Positions 16,650-31,093 of a DNA stretch of 64,000 bases are shown here, piece by piece (position 1 is the stretch's first letter; every line of letters begins with the position of its first letter). A model generated the notes under the pieces. The model was given only the letters and a program-made list of their open reading frames with translations. It made no database searches and had not been told where the DNA came from. A program made the translations under genes and the position numbers. Source of the DNA: the human T2T-CHM13v2.0 reference genome, Homo sapiens; assembly GCF_009914755.1 (NCBI RefSeq), contig NC_060932.1; one strand, 5' to 3'.

Positions 16650-17330
16650 TGTTGATATGAAAAGAAAGCCTTTTATATTTCAATAGGATATCTTCATGTA
16701 TTTAGCATTGTTCTGGAAATAATAGTTAATGCAATGAGCCAAGGAAAAGGTGAGTTATATGTATTGAGAAGGAGGAGGAGCAGAGTTAGTAAACATTGAT
16801 AATTTTTGTATGTCTGGATAACTCAAAAGTTATTAGCTGGAAAAAGTTATTAGTAGTATGTAATAAGAAAGCAGGAAGGTAGCTGGGTAAAGGTTAAATA
16901 TATTAAAATCTATAGCTTTCTTATATGCCAGCATTAATTGTAATTAGAATGTAAATATTCTACTCACAGTAGCAACAAAACTATAAAATACCAAGGGATA
17001 CATTTAATAAGCAATGTATACAATAAACAATAGAGAAAGCTACAAAGATGAACTGACTTGAAAGAAGTAATACATTCTGGGATCGAAGTCTTTAGGTTGT
17101 GAAGATATCAGTTTTATCCATTCTGATTTATAAATTAACAGCATTTCAACAAAGAGTTTACTTAGAACTAGACAAAATAATTCTAAATTTTACCTGGAAG
17201 AATAATTATAGGTGAAAAACTAAAATGAGATGGGTGGAAAGGGGGAGCTTTTCCTATTTGATATTAGGATGTGTTTTTAAGTTGCATTCATCTACAGATA
17301 GGAAGACCAAAACACAAATCAGGACATCTG
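16650..17330 (+). mobile_element. Old L1M ORF2 fragment
   Basis: 'tagcattgttctggaaat', 'acagtagcaacaaaactataaaatacc', 'gaactagacaaaataattctaaattttacctggaag'. Confidence 0.65.
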
Positions 17331-18170
17331 CTGATTATTCAGCCATTTCTGATGTTTCCAGACATGGAAATTAACATTCTCTCTTTCCTCAGTTGACCAT
17401 AGATTCTCATGAGTGTTATTTAGCCTTGTAGAGCACAGCAATCTCCACGTAGATCCCACCAGCCCAGAAGAGCCATCAGCCCCTGCAGTCAGATAGTTCT
17501 TCACTTTGGACCTGTATTCCTCTGACAATACTGAGTGCATCTCCAAGGGCAGAGTATCAAAGCATGTCCTCTGGCTGGGTCTACAGGACACCAACATCTG
17601 GCAGAGAACTGACCCATCCAGTTGGAACTCTGGACTTTTTCCACTTCCACCTTTTGCTGGATAGGTAAAACATGCAGACTTCTATTTTAATTCTTCACTT
17701 GTTTCCTGGGATTTTTGATGCCACATATACCAAGCTCTCAAATCATCGTGTAAAGGGCCAGTTTTTCTCAAATCCATTGTGCACCATGATGTTTTTTAAG
17801 TGTATGAAAAATAAATCATAAACAATGAAATTAAAAAGAAAGCCAATGTCAAGCAAATACAAGCCCCTATTTTTATTACTACATTTCATAGAAATCAAGT
17901 TACTCTGTCATGTTGCCGTATATGTCCTTAAACACTTATTTTCTTTGGTGGCCTGACCCTTATCAACTGACTGCACCATTATATAACTCATCACAAGGGA
18001 ACTGGCTACTACTTTAGCTAGCAATTCTTTATGCCTTGTGATCTAAGTAACAAGACAATCTTACATTTTTATAACACTTAACTTTTTGTAGTGTGCAAAT
18101 TCTTTTCCTCTCCAACAACACTATTTTGAGGTAGTTGGGGCAGTTTTTACAAACCCAATTTCTCACATAG

Positions 18171-18543
18171 TGTATTAGTCTGTTCTCAAACTGCTAGAAG
18201 GACATACCCAAGACTGGGTAATTTATAAAGGAAAGAGGTTTAATTGACTCATAGTTCCGTAGAGCTGGGGAGGCCTCAGGAAACTTACAGTTATGCTGAA
18301 AGGGGAAGCAAACACATCCTTCTTCACAGCGCAGCAGGAGAGAGAAGAATGAGGGCCAAGCGAAGGGAGAAGCCCCTTATAAAACCATCAGATCTTGTGA
18401 GAACTTACTATCACGAGAATAGCATGGGGGAAACTGCCCCCATGATTCAATTACCTTCCACTTGTCCCTCCCACGACACATGGGAATTATGGGAACTACA
18501 ATTCAAGGTGAGATTTGGGTGGGGATATACTCAAACTATGTCA
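18171..18543 (-). mobile_element. THE1 solo LTR (THE1B/C-like)
   Basis: 'tgtattagtctgttctc...aaaaccatcagatcttgtgagaacttactatcacgagaatagcatgggggaaactgcccccatgattcaattacc...caaactatgtca'. Confidence 0.9.
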
Positions 18544-18640
18544 GGTAGGAAATGCAATTCCTCATAGAGATATTCAGTGACATGGTCAAAGGGGTTACTG
18601 ACAAAGCTGGAATGCACCCTGGAATGCCCTCCCTGATTCA

Positions 18641-19118
18641 TTATTTTTTGTTATTTCCACTTCTTTCCCCCTGCTTTTCCAAAGCATTTTTATTCATAGT
18701 TAAGTCATGATTCAGGGCCCCAGGGTGAGGATCACCATGTACCCAGGTTTCCCTTTGCCTGGGAGAAGGATGAAGGACATAGGAGGGGTAAGATGCAGCC
18801 AGTTCAGATCTTTCCAGGAAATGTGCCTTTAGCCCAGCTGTCATCCTAGACTGAAACCCAGGAGCAGGGCAGAAGAACTTGTACACACACTGGTATCATT
18901 CACACATAGAGACATCACACCCTTCAGCGGTTGTTGCCTTCTCACAGAGGTGGAAGTCCAGGAAGTTCTGCCAGCAGTTCCTAGTCTGGTTGGGGAAGCG
19001 TCTGTCAAAAGGGGCAGTCTTGTAGTTCTTGATTTTGGTCTTCATGTCTTTTGCCAAGGTGCTGACTTCTAAAGATGCTCATGATGCAGCTGGTAGCTCA
19101 GTGTGACCCTCAGCAAAG
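18641..19118 (-). pseudogene. COX6B1P: Processed pseudogene of cytochrome c oxidase subunit 6B1 (COX6B1)
   Basis: The minus strand from 19057 translates to (L)[40 protein letters not shown]...VCE*YQCVYK...GTFPGKI* (stop at 18804-18806), matching COX6B1. It is intronless, with 5' UTR to about 19118, 3' UTR, AATAAA (plus-strand tttatt 18689-18694) and a decayed A-rich tail. Lesions: ATG>TTG, 6-nt deletion (NQNQ>NQ), TGG>TGA, 1-nt deletion and a TAG. Confidence 0.95.
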
Positions 19119-19774
19119 ACATCAACTTTGGACCTCATTCCACTCTTTAATGAATCTGTTTATGTCTCAGTTAATGGAGCTACTGATGACTGACTCAGTG
19201 AGTCTAATCCCATGACCCTGACTGACAAAGCATTGTAAATGCTAATCCTGCAAAAGTCCCTTCTACTGTTATCTACACCTTGAAGAGAAAACCCACCAAA
19301 CTGAACAATGATGATGTTCTTACACAGCAGCGCTGCATTAGGAAGAAAATTTCAAATAATCCATCACCTAGTGTGAATATTTCCACAAAACAGCAAATTT
19401 CACTAAAAACTCTCATTAAACACTTTAAGAAGAGACGTGTAGCGAGTTATTTAGGCTACATAAACCAAAACCAAAGTGATATTGTTGGTCTGGTAGTTCT
19501 TTCTTAAAACTGCAGGTAACACATATAAGAGCAAATAAGTAGCGTCTTATAGGCCAAGTTTACAAAAATAAACTACAAAGAGATGTGAGAAATTTTAAAC
19601 AAAATCTCTGCTCATTGTTCAGAAGGAGATTCTCTTCTCTGTGCTCTTCAGGAGGGGCCAGCAGTGGTATTTGGGCTGAGTGGCAAGTGAAGGGGAGTGC
19701 TTAGGTCCCTTCAGACTGTGTGCCAGTGAATGCAGTTCCAAAGAGCTGAGAGAAGGGCAAACGACCAGCCCAGG

Positions 19775-19960
19775 AAGGCAGCATAGTACAGGGGAAAGCC
19801 CTTGGTTCCAGAATCCAAGGGTTTTGGTTTGAATCTCAGCTTTGCCACTTCCTAACTGGGTAATGGGCCCTCACCTCACTCTGCCTAATAGAACTGTGAT
19901 TACTAAACAAAGGTAGATATACAATGGCTAGTATATAAGTGCTGAGAGATATTTGTCCTT
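19775..19960 (+). mobile_element. MIR
   Basis: 'ggcagcatagtacaggggaaagc...ggtttgaatctcagctttgccacttcctaactgggtaa'. Confidence 0.65.
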
Positions 19961-20175
19961 GTCAATAGAAAAAAAAAAGCATATAGAATTCACCTTCCTC
20001 TACCAGGCATGTGCCTGGACCTCTTCAGGCTTTTTAAAAAAGCTTTTTAAATTTATTTTTGTCTGACATTGATTATGTGGGATAAAATATCTCCAGGTGC
20101 GGTGCAGAGTCTATATGAAGAAGCACAGATAGGAAGAGAAGTAGTCACATTAAAGTCAAATTAAGAGTCCTATTA

Positions 20176-20523
<348 letters not shown>

Positions 20524-21954
20524 CTAACCGGTGCCCACAGTGGGGATGTGTTATAGCACAGGGAAAAAAGCTTTGCTTTATGAGAGAATTTTGCAAGGGC
20601 TATTCTGACACACACCTGAGTGAGCTGACATGTTTGGAGAAGGCTCAATGAGTAGAAGCTCAGTACCTCCCATGTATGCTCAGAATGTTCCCACTTTTAC
20701 TGCCTTTGATTCCTATCTCAATACATTACTTTAGTCTCTACCAAAGTAATACGGAAGACAGAATTAGAATTGTCTTTTAGTGATTGTATGCAGTGCAATG
20801 TACAACCAGGACAATTGTGTTGTTTTTCCGGCTTGAGTTGCTCCAGTTGGCTGTCTATACCAATCACAAGACTTGTATTTCTCAGGACTGTGCAAAGTTA
20901 AGCCAAGTAGTTGAGTACAAACCAGGACAGGCGTTTAATGATACAGATGTTCTACAACATGTTTTCTTTTTTTCAGGCACCAGAAATCTATGTGGTTACT
21001 TTCTTTAGTTTATAAGACCACATGTAAGTACTTTGGACAATTGATGTATTTTTCCTTTTTACATTCAGATATTTAACAAAGCAAGGCACAGGTCTAGGCT
21101 CTGTATGAATCTATATCTGAAGAAGCCAAGTTGGAGCAGCTTACAAGCAGATCCCAGTCACTGACACCACCTTCCGAGGCTTAGTGATGAGTAGAAAATC
21201 CAGACCCTTCACCCCGCTGCTCATCTGAAATAGAGGACAATAACTGGAATCTCTATGCTCTCCAATAATGCAGGACTTGACTTTGAGTCTCTTCAATTTA
21301 ATTGAACAAATATTTATTCAGGACTTACTACTGTGCTTAGGCCCTGAGGATTCCAAGCTGATAAGACTGATTCAGGTTAGGCCTATGGAATACAATTTAG
21401 AGCTTACAAGATGATCACCTAAGCCACTTTCATCATTCAGCTGGTGAAGAACTGAGCCCTGGAGAGAAGGAAGCTTCCCAATGGCACAAAGCAAGGGAGA
21501 ACCAGGGTCATTCAAAAATTTGAAATGGTAAAAATGTAGATGCCATTACTATCAAAAAAGTGGTAGAAGATAAAGGTACTGTGTGCAAGTCCCTATTCTG
21601 TAGCTTTGGCCTTAGATGTGGATCCATTCCTTACCTGGACACAGAGGAAAGGCCTCCCTCCTTAATGTCTGCGTAGGGCCACCCCCTCAGGTAAACCACC
21701 AGTGTGTCCTCTAATGTGTCCCCTCAGCTCTGGAACCAGAGTTAAGGCCACCTGACCCTCACCATGTGACTAGCTCTATCCTGGACAAGTCAGATATTAA
21801 ACCCAGTATAATGAAAACCAGGTCTTTACATTAGAGATTTTTATTTCAATAGATATCAAGATAGACTTGCAAGCAAATTTGTGTATTTAAAGCATATGAT
21901 ATAATGATGGACTATGCATGCTAATTATTAGAAAGTAATAAGGGTGCTAGTTAA

Positions 21955-22279
<325 letters not shown>

Positions 22280-23839
22280 TGAAGAAGTTTTTTGACTTCC
22301 TAAACTTCAAACTGGAAAACCAGCCTCCTCTGACTGTACCTGTACAATGATTTTGGTCCTTCATTGGGCTTAATTACATGCTAGTCTCCACCTTGAAGTC
22401 AGGGTCTGTTCCTGTCTGGCGCCTGGTAGACTCTCAATGTTTCTTGAATAAAGTAAATAAAAGATATTTTGAGATCTTAGTCCACTCTGGGGTGGCTTCC
22501 CAGAAGAGAAAAGCTGGGATTTATTTTAAGAAATGGAAGTAATTTGGCGGAAGGAGGCATATTTCTTCCTTAGTGCCCTCACCAAGCCTAGAAAATAGGA
22601 GCAGGTCTTGGGGTGGGATGGTGGGAAGGGTGTGTGGGGAGGAAAGGCACAAACTATGTGATTCCCCTATGGCTAGAGAGAAGCTCTCGGAGGCAGGCTA
22701 ACTCTGCCAAGGTCAAGGAGCAAACAGGAATGGAAGCCTTGACCCTCGGTCCAGCCTCACACCACATGTTCTCTATAGGAGACACCTTTGTACGGAGCTT
22801 TGCACTGACCTTGAGAAATAATTTCCATCTGGAATTCTGGGTGAATCACAGGAAGGCAATCTGCAATTTCTCAAGTTTGCACTTGGCTGGGGTTGTTGAA
22901 TCTATGTTGTAACCCTTATGAAACACTATTGCTCAAGAACATTCGAATGGATGCAACATTTGTAAATTAAAAGCCTGCTGCTTTAATTCCCTTCCAATGG
23001 ACACAGTTAGACATATACAGAAGTCACAACTGGATGCAGCTGGAGGTTTGACTTTGAGAGGATGGGAGACTGGAAATCCCTGGGCATTTGGTCAGCACAG
23101 TAGCAGAGTGCTGGGGTTTGGGAAAGTAGCGGTTGGGTAGGAGAAGGTGTTGCATGCAATATTTTTCTTTCTGGTATTTGTCCCGGGAGATCCATATTGA
23201 CACCTGAACTTTGTGACACAGTCGAGCCCTGCTCCACTGGCTTCTATACAAACAACATGATGCAAACCAGCTGGGGCCAAAGCAGTTACCATGGAAACCC
23301 TAGACTTTGGTTTGGAAAGTAAAAGTAAAAGACATTTATGATGACCACAGCAGTGGTTTGTACCAATGCACTTCTTGGGAAGTTTCTTTTTTATCCTGAA
23401 CTTTAGCGTTCTTTTTTTTTTTTTCTTGCCCTGTGGAATTTGGCAAAAGAAAAATTTAAAATCAGATTGGAAATATTACCTTCCCCATTAAATAGCTAAA
23501 ACAGGAAGTCTTGATTTATTCAAACCATATTTGCTAAAGACAAATTTAACTCTAAATGGAGAAACCGCTTAAAGGTCAAGTTTTGTCTTGGATACTTTGA
23601 AAGAGTTGCTAAGCATTTTTGTCCCCTATGGAGGCTGGGTTGACACCAGGAAGTGTTATTTGTGTTATTTCCCCTCAAACATTTTTCCACCTCTCAGTAA
23701 TGACAGGAGAATTATGGCTATAGAGAGCAAACACAGCCTTATGTGGGCATGATCACAGTTGTAGCAAGCCAGTCACGATAGCAGGAATAGGCTGGTTGCA
23801 TGAGTGCACTGGGTGAAGAATACAGAGGACATTAAGGGC

Positions 23840-24030
23840 ACCAGAGGGAACAGGTTCAATTTCTACTCTGTCACTTACTTGCTGCATGATCCTGGGCCAG
23901 TTACTTAACCACCCTCTACCACAGTTTCCTCAGGTTGGAAATGAGAATCAAAATGCCCAACTGCCCCCAAATGTTCACATGGATTCAATGAAATAAAGCA
24001 CATAAAGCATAAACTGAAATCCAAATGGAA
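23840..24030 (+). mobile_element. MIR
   Basis: 'tactctgtcacttacttgctgcatgatcctgggccagttacttaacc...cagtttcctcaggttggaaatgagaat'. Confidence 0.75.
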
Positions 24031-24929
24031 AGCAATCACAAAAAGAATCCAGTGGAAGGGAAGTGGGAAGTAGCAGGCAGATCACGCTGACAGGTTGGCT
24101 TCAAGTGACCGTTCCAATCTCAGAGGACCACAGTCTCAAGGCCACCTACAGTTTCCTTTACCACCCACTGTCTGAGCCACCAAAGCCTACCCCACCCTTG
24201 CACCTCCTTTCTTACTCCCTTCTAACTGTGAAGGCATCGGGCTTTCCCAGATATCCTTTGCATTCAAATCCTCTCAACCACTGCCTGCAGATTCCCCTCC
24301 TTCTGTACTCATTTTTCTTTTCTTGGAAAAAAACAAAAACAAAATTGGACCCTTGGTGGAGCCCTTGATGGCGACAGCACAATCTTTCATCCCTTTGCTT
24401 TGTCCTCTCAGGTCCTGGCTCTGTTCCTCACCTCCACTTTTATTTCCACATCCTCCATGACAAGCCTCCTGTCCCTAACATTCAGCTGAAACTGTTCCTA
24501 GATCCCAAACTCCTACCCTAGCACAAGAGAAAGCTGGTGGCATTCCTATTTAGTGACATCTCTTCCCAACTCTGCATCAGCTTTGATAGGTCACAAATGA
24601 CCTCAGATTACTAAACGCTATTTTTTTTCTCCTTTTCTTTCCCCTTGACTTCTCTGCTGCATTTGATATTGGCGCCACTTTCTCTTCACTAAAATTCTCT
24701 CTTCTTTTTGTTGCCAGGATTTTATGCTGTGGTGAGTCTCCCACTTTTCCAAAACGTTGTGCAAGTTCTGCTTGTTTTTTCTTCTGCCTACTGATGCCAA
24801 CATATTCTAACATTCAGCCCTCCTTAGGAGATGACCCATTCCCTTAGCTTTGCTATTTTCTATTCCCATGACTCTCATCTCAAGAGCTCTTCTTCACCAA
24901 ATGCCAATTATTTCTGCTGATCTCTAGGT

Positions 24930-25134
24930 CAACCCTGTCCAACAGAACATTCTGAGAGGATGGAAATGTTCTCTGCCTGGGCTGTTGAATGCAGTGGACA
25001 TTAGCCATATGGAGTTATGGAGTACTTGAAATGCAGTTAGCCTGACTGCAAAACTGAATTTTTAATTTTATCTAATTTCAATTTCAATTTAATTTATTAC
25101 ATGTGGCTAGAGGCTACCATATTGGACAGCATAG
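24930..25134. mobile_element. MER3 (hAT-Charlie MITE)
   Basis: Terminal inverted repeats 'ctgtccaa'...'ttggacag' and internal 'ggatggaaatgttctct', 'acatgtggctagaggctaccat'. Confidence 0.85.
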
Positions 25135-25661
25135 TTCCAGATAGTTTCACTTAAACACCATCATTTCAGGCAAAATATGATCAATACTAAAGGTTTTCTG
25201 GAACCAACTCCTCTCCCAGCCTCTCTGTCTATGGACAACTAATCCCTACTGCATGCAAAGCTCAAAAGCCTCTTTTATTAATTCCACTCTGATTCCTCAG
25301 ACGCAGTCTCTGATTCCCATTGACCTGCCTTGAAATATCCCTGTTCTCTCCCCGACCTTCTGTATTTTACTGCCACACCCCTGAGCAGGTCCTCATTCAA
25401 ACCTAAACAGCCAGCCTGAATCTCTCACTTCAACACACCTTGCGATCACTGCAGACCGGATCTTATTCTAACACTGCTCTGCAATGTTGCTTCCCTGCCT
25501 CAAACCCCCAGTGGCTCCCCACTTCCTCTGATTTCATGGCCAAAACCTTTGTCTGGTTTTCAAAAAGACACCCAGAATAATATCATCCCTGGTCTGGGTC
25601 AATAATATTGTCCCACCAAGTCTGGATAATAATATTGTCCCACCAAGTCTGGTTTTCCATG

Positions 25662-25685
25662 ACTCTCTCTCTCCCTCTCTCTCTT

Positions 25686-25731
<46 letters not shown>
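25662..25731. repeat. Compound (CT)n(CA)n microsatellite
   Basis: CT-rich run followed by about 21 CA units. Confidence 0.95.
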
Positions 25732-25733
<2 letters not shown>

Positions 25734-26850
25734 ACTCAAGGATTATCTCACAAGCTCATGAATGTGCTGTGTTCACTCCTGTCTTGGAGCTTCTATTGGC
25801 TTTTCAAATCCGCTATTGGCTTTTCAAATTCTACCTTTCAAGACCCAGTTAAAGACTCCTTCCCTCTATGGAAACTTCCCTAATTAAGACCTGCCTGGCA
25901 TATCTCCCCTCTGGATTCCTAGACCATTTATAATGAGTGTTATCTTGTCCTGATGACTATTGTTTCAAGTGTGCTATCCTTTTCCCCAGATTAGACTTGA
26001 AGAAAGTGGCTCTTCTTCTTCCTGACCTCCAGAAGACTTAGCTCAGAACCGAGCCCGCAGCAGATGCTCAGTGCTTTGTGAACATGTCTTGATTCATCAG
26101 CAAGTGCAGGATAAGAACTGGATGTGACAACATCTGAGAGCTCAGTGAACATTAGACTCGCCTTGTTAATAATTTACTCCCTTTGTCCCCTAGTTTCCTG
26201 CTCATCCCTCTATTTCTCCTGGCTCTTTTCAGCTTCAATTCCTCTCATTTGTCCACTTCTTCCCTTTGTCCAGTAAACCACATGGGCTGATCAGGGTTGG
26301 AGTAGAGAGTGTAGGATTGTCTATTTTCTCTTGGAACTGATGGCCATGGTGAACACCTTGCTTGCCATATGATCAACATGGCTCTATGAGGCAGTTAAAA
26401 CTATGTAGACAAAATTTTTTTTGTCAGATAAAATGAGGATAAAAATACCTCCTCATCAACATATAGAGGAACTATGGAATTAAATGAATAATGAGTAATG
26501 GGCTAAGAATATAGGATTGGATGTACCAGAATCACAGTGCAACTGCCTCATGGAAAAGCTGGGCATTTTCCTCTTAAGGGATGATCCAGAAGGGCAAAGT
26601 TTAAAACAAAGGAACTGATTCAAGTGCAATATTTTACATTGTGTAAATATCTGAAGGAATTCACAAACGGACCACAATGGCTGCAGAGACACAGTGGTAA
26701 AGTGCTTAATAAATTGGCGAACACGTGTTGTGCCATAAATGTTAGTGCATAAAGCAAGTTATGATTATTTGTTTCCCTTTGTGTTTTTCTAATCAAAGAT
26801 TTAAAAATCATGGGAGTTTTGAGCATCATGAGATAACAAGTATTGTGATA

Positions 26851-27181
26851 CAGGTCCACCATTCCTTTTCCAAAAACTTTGGTATTAGATGTGTTTTGGA
26901 AATCAGGATTTTTCAGATTTTATAAAGGTCATCTGGATCATATGTTGTATATTGTATACTACTACCAGTGGGATATGGGTCAGCACCCTACAATCAAACA
27001 CAGAAATATTTCTGCAACACAACGTGTAAAATATAAAATCTACAAATGGACTCACCTGAGTTCAGATTGAGTTCACTGCCAAATGAGTTCTGATAAGGTC
27101 AGATTTTGGCCCCAAATTATTAATTGAGAACTTGCAATTTTCAGAGCTTTTGAACTTAGGAATACAGACATTGTGTACCTG
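26851..27181. mobile_element. Tigger-derived MITE (MER46C-like)
   Basis: Ends 'ta|caggtccac'...'gtgtacctg' and internal 'agatgtgttttggaaatcaggatttttcagatttt'. Confidence 0.7.
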
Positions 27182-27274
27182 TCCTATTCTACATCATTTT
27201 CTTTAAAAAGAGGTAGTCTTTTTGAAAGTTTCTATTAAACTTTTAGAGATGTAAAAAATAGTGGGTAGTAATTA

Positions 27275-28928
27275 CAGAACTTACTACAAAGCTACAGTAA
27301 TCAAAACAGTGTGGTACTGTCATAAGGATAAAGGACATATGAAATGTGGAATACAATTCCATTTGATGGAATAGAATTTAGACTCCAGAAATGAACTCAT
27401 TTATCTATGATCAGTTGAATTTCGACAAGGGTGCCAAGACCACTCAGTGGGAGAAAGAATAATTTCTTCAATAGATGATGCTTGGACAATTGGATTTCTA
27501 CAAGCAAAAGAATGAAATTGGAAGCTTACCTCCTATCATGTATAAAAATTAACTCAAAATGGATCAAGGACCTAAGTGTAACTATAACTCTTAGGAGAAA
27601 CTATAACTCTTAGGAGAAAACATAAGGATACATTTTTGCAACTTTGTCAGGGGTGTTCAATCTTTTGGCTTCCCTGGACCACAGTGGAAGAAGAAGAGTT
27701 GTCTTGGGACACATATAAAATACACTAAAACTAACAATAGCTGATGAGCTTTAAAAAATTGGAAAAAATCATAATGTTTTAAGAAAGTTTATGAATTTTT
27801 ATTGGGCTGCATTCAAAGCCGTCCTGGCCATGGGTTGGACAAGCTTGAATTAGACAATGACTCCTTAGATATATGACACCAAGAACACATGCAACAAAAG
27901 AAAAAGTAGATAAATTGGATGTCATAAAAATTAAAGACAGCTGTCCACCAAAGGATACTATCAAGAATGTGAAAGGGCAACCCACGAATGAAAATATTTG
28001 CAGATCAATTATCTGACCAGGGTCTGGCATCCAGAATATATTAATAACCCCTGCAACTCAACAATAAAAAGACAAATAACCCAATTAAAAAATGGGCAAA
28101 GGATGTGAATAGATATAACTCCAAAGAAGTTACATGAATAGCCAAACATGCATATGAAAAGACACTCAGCATTATTAGTCATTAGGGAAATGCAAAGCAA
28201 CGTCACTAGAGATACTATTTCACACCCACTAGGATGGACATCATTTTAAAAAATGACAAGTAATGGTGAGGATGTAGAGAAACTAGAGCCCTCAAACTTT
28301 GCTGGTGGGTATGTAAACTGGGGCGTTTGCTGTGAAAAACAATTTGGCAGTTCCTTAATTAGCTAAACGTAGAAGTTCCATATGGCCGAGCAATTCAACT
28401 CCTAGGGGTATACCTAAAAGAACTGAAAACTGGTACTCAAACAAAAACTTGTACATGGATGTTCATAGCAATGCTATTCATAGTGGTCACAAGGCAGAAA
28501 TAACTTAAATGACCCTCAATGGAGCAATAGATAAATAAAATATGGTACATTCATACAAATAAATAGTATTCAGTCATACAAAAGGAATGAAGTCCTGAAA
28601 CATACCATAACATGGATGAAGCTTGATAACATTATGCAAAATGAAGAGGTATACACAAAAGGTCACATATATGATCCCATTCATATGCAGTATCAGGAAT
28701 CAGCACATCCATACAGATTGATGGCTGCCAGGCACTTGGGGAGTGGGGAATGCCGAGTGATTGCTAATGGGACCCAGATTTCATTCTGGGGTCATGAAGT
28801 GCTTTGGAACTAGATAGTGGTGATAGTTGGATAACATTGCCAATGTATTAAATGCTACAGAATTTTACAATTTAAGATGGTTAAAATTGTGAATTTTACG
28901 TTATGTGAATTTAATTACAATTAAAACA
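27275..28928 (+). mobile_element. L1MB ORF2 3' end and 3' UTR, with MER30 inserted
   Basis: 'tactacaaagctacagtaatcaaaacagtgtggtactg', 'ttcgacaagggtgccaag', and the L1MB tail 'gatagtggtgatagttg...gatggttaaaattgtgaattttacgttatgtgaatt'. Confidence 0.9.
27648..27847. mobile_element. MER30 (hAT-Charlie)
   Basis: 'caggggtgttcaatcttttggcttccctgg...ggaagaagaagagttgtcttggg...gggttggacaagcttg'. Confidence 0.88.
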
Positions 28929-29168
28929 AAGTGAGTAGACAAATATTGCCTCTTTGGGGACCTCAAGGCATCTGGAGACCTCAGGGTTTGTTTGGTTCAT
29001 GTGTTTTGTTTTGTTTTGAATCACTAGCTAAGATGTTGGCAACACAGTAAACAAAATCTGAACAATAATAATAATTGATGTCTGCTTTAAATGTGCTGTT
29101 TCTGATGTATTTTTGTAAATTTCAGGAATTCCTGTAGCATAAACCAGAGTTTGTTAATCTTGGCACTA

Positions 29169-29610
<442 letters not shown>

Positions 29611-30060
29611 TTATTCACAATAGCAAAGACTTGGAACCAACCCAAATGTCCAACAATGATAGACTGGATTAAGAAAATATGGCACATATACACCATGGAA
29701 TACTATGCAGTCATAAAAAATGATGAGTTCATGTCCTTTGTAGGGACATGGATGAAATTGGAAATCATCATTCTCAGGAAACTATCGCAAGAACAAAAAA
29801 CCAAACACTGCATATTCTCACTCATAGCTGGGAATTGAACACTGAGAACACATGGACACAGGAAGGGGAACATCACACTCTGGGGACTGTCGTGGGGTGG
29901 GGGGAACAGGGAGGGATAGCATTGGGAGATATACCTAATGCTAGATGACGAGTTAGTGGGTACAGCGCACCAGCATGGCACATGTATACATATGTAACTA
30001 ACCTGCACATTGTGCACATGTACCCTAAAACTTAAAGTATAATAATAATAAATAAAAAAA
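29611..30060 (+). mobile_element. 5'-truncated young L1 (L1PA2-like) inserted in the Alu A-tail
   Basis: ORF2 C-terminus [22 protein letters not shown]...LIAGN*. The 3' UTR 'gcattgggagatatacctaatgctagatgacgagttagtggg' has GAG rather than the L1HS ACA/ACG, and 'cttaaagtataat'. Confidence 0.9.
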
Positions 30061-31093
30061 AGAAACAAAACAAAAGAAAAACACTAACAAAAACAAAAAC
30101 AAACAAAAAGAAAAACGTCTCCAGACCTTGCCAAGTGCCTCCTGGAGGTCAACATCACCCCCGATTGAGAACTACTAATGTGACCTCTTTAGGAAAAGTT
30201 TATTATCCTGGGATTTTTTCCTCTCCTAAAGTTTCTTTTTAAAAACCCATTTCTGAGATTGTTCTTTAGTAATTTCCAAATGACAGCAAACTCATGAAAC
30301 AAAACAACATGAAAATTCCAGGTAAATGTCCAAAACCTTTTTCATTAAGAGGAACTAAACTACGCAGTCCACTTGTAGACAGTAGGTTTCTCACTGGCAA
30401 CGAATGCCCTGGCAATAAGCTAAATGTGGATAGCACATAAAAAAAGTGAATGTGCAATGTTCCCTTTTCAAACCCTTTTTGGGCAAAGACGACTGCTCTG
30501 CCAGCATTCCAGTATAATGACAGCTCATGTGCCCTTTGTCAACCTTGCCTCCTTCTCCTTTGAAAATACAAACCACACTTCTTCCCAAACTTCTTCTGAT
30601 ACCATTTAATGAGTCTGGGATCAGACACTGTTAGCACAGAGAGCAACCTGTGCTCCAGATCCCCCTCAGCAGCCGCTGCCAGCAGGAAGGGAGGGCTGAG
30701 TGTTCAGGACGCAGGGTTCCCTGGCTGCTTCACCAGCGCAGTGCTGCCTTTATCCATTTTATGTCTTGGATTTCTGAGTGGGATTTATTTTGCACAAAGA
30801 GTTCTGAAGCTGAGAAGTTTGAAAGCCACTGGCTCAACCCAAGCCCCTCTCCTACAGATGAGGACACCAGAGTGCAGAGCAAAGGGCGGGACCACGTGTG
30901 ATTCCAGGGCTTTTAACTGTAGACAGGCCCCTTTCCTCTGTTACAGGGAAGGCAGCCAGGCAGCTCCTGCAAGATGTCACTAATCCCTTGCGTGCCTCAG
31001 TTTCCTTATCTCTACATGAGCATAGCAACCTCCATCTTCCTGGCTACTTCTGGGATTTAAATTAGACACAGTAAGTGCCATGCAAGTACCACT

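Larger units (their letters stand above)
24250..26090 (+). mobile_element. L2 remnants, with MER3 and a microsatellite inside
   Basis: Pyrimidine-rich L2-type segments ('cagctgaaactgttc', 'cagtggctcccacttcc') ending in an L2 tail-like 'gcagcagatgctcagtgctttgtgaa'. Confidence 0.55.
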
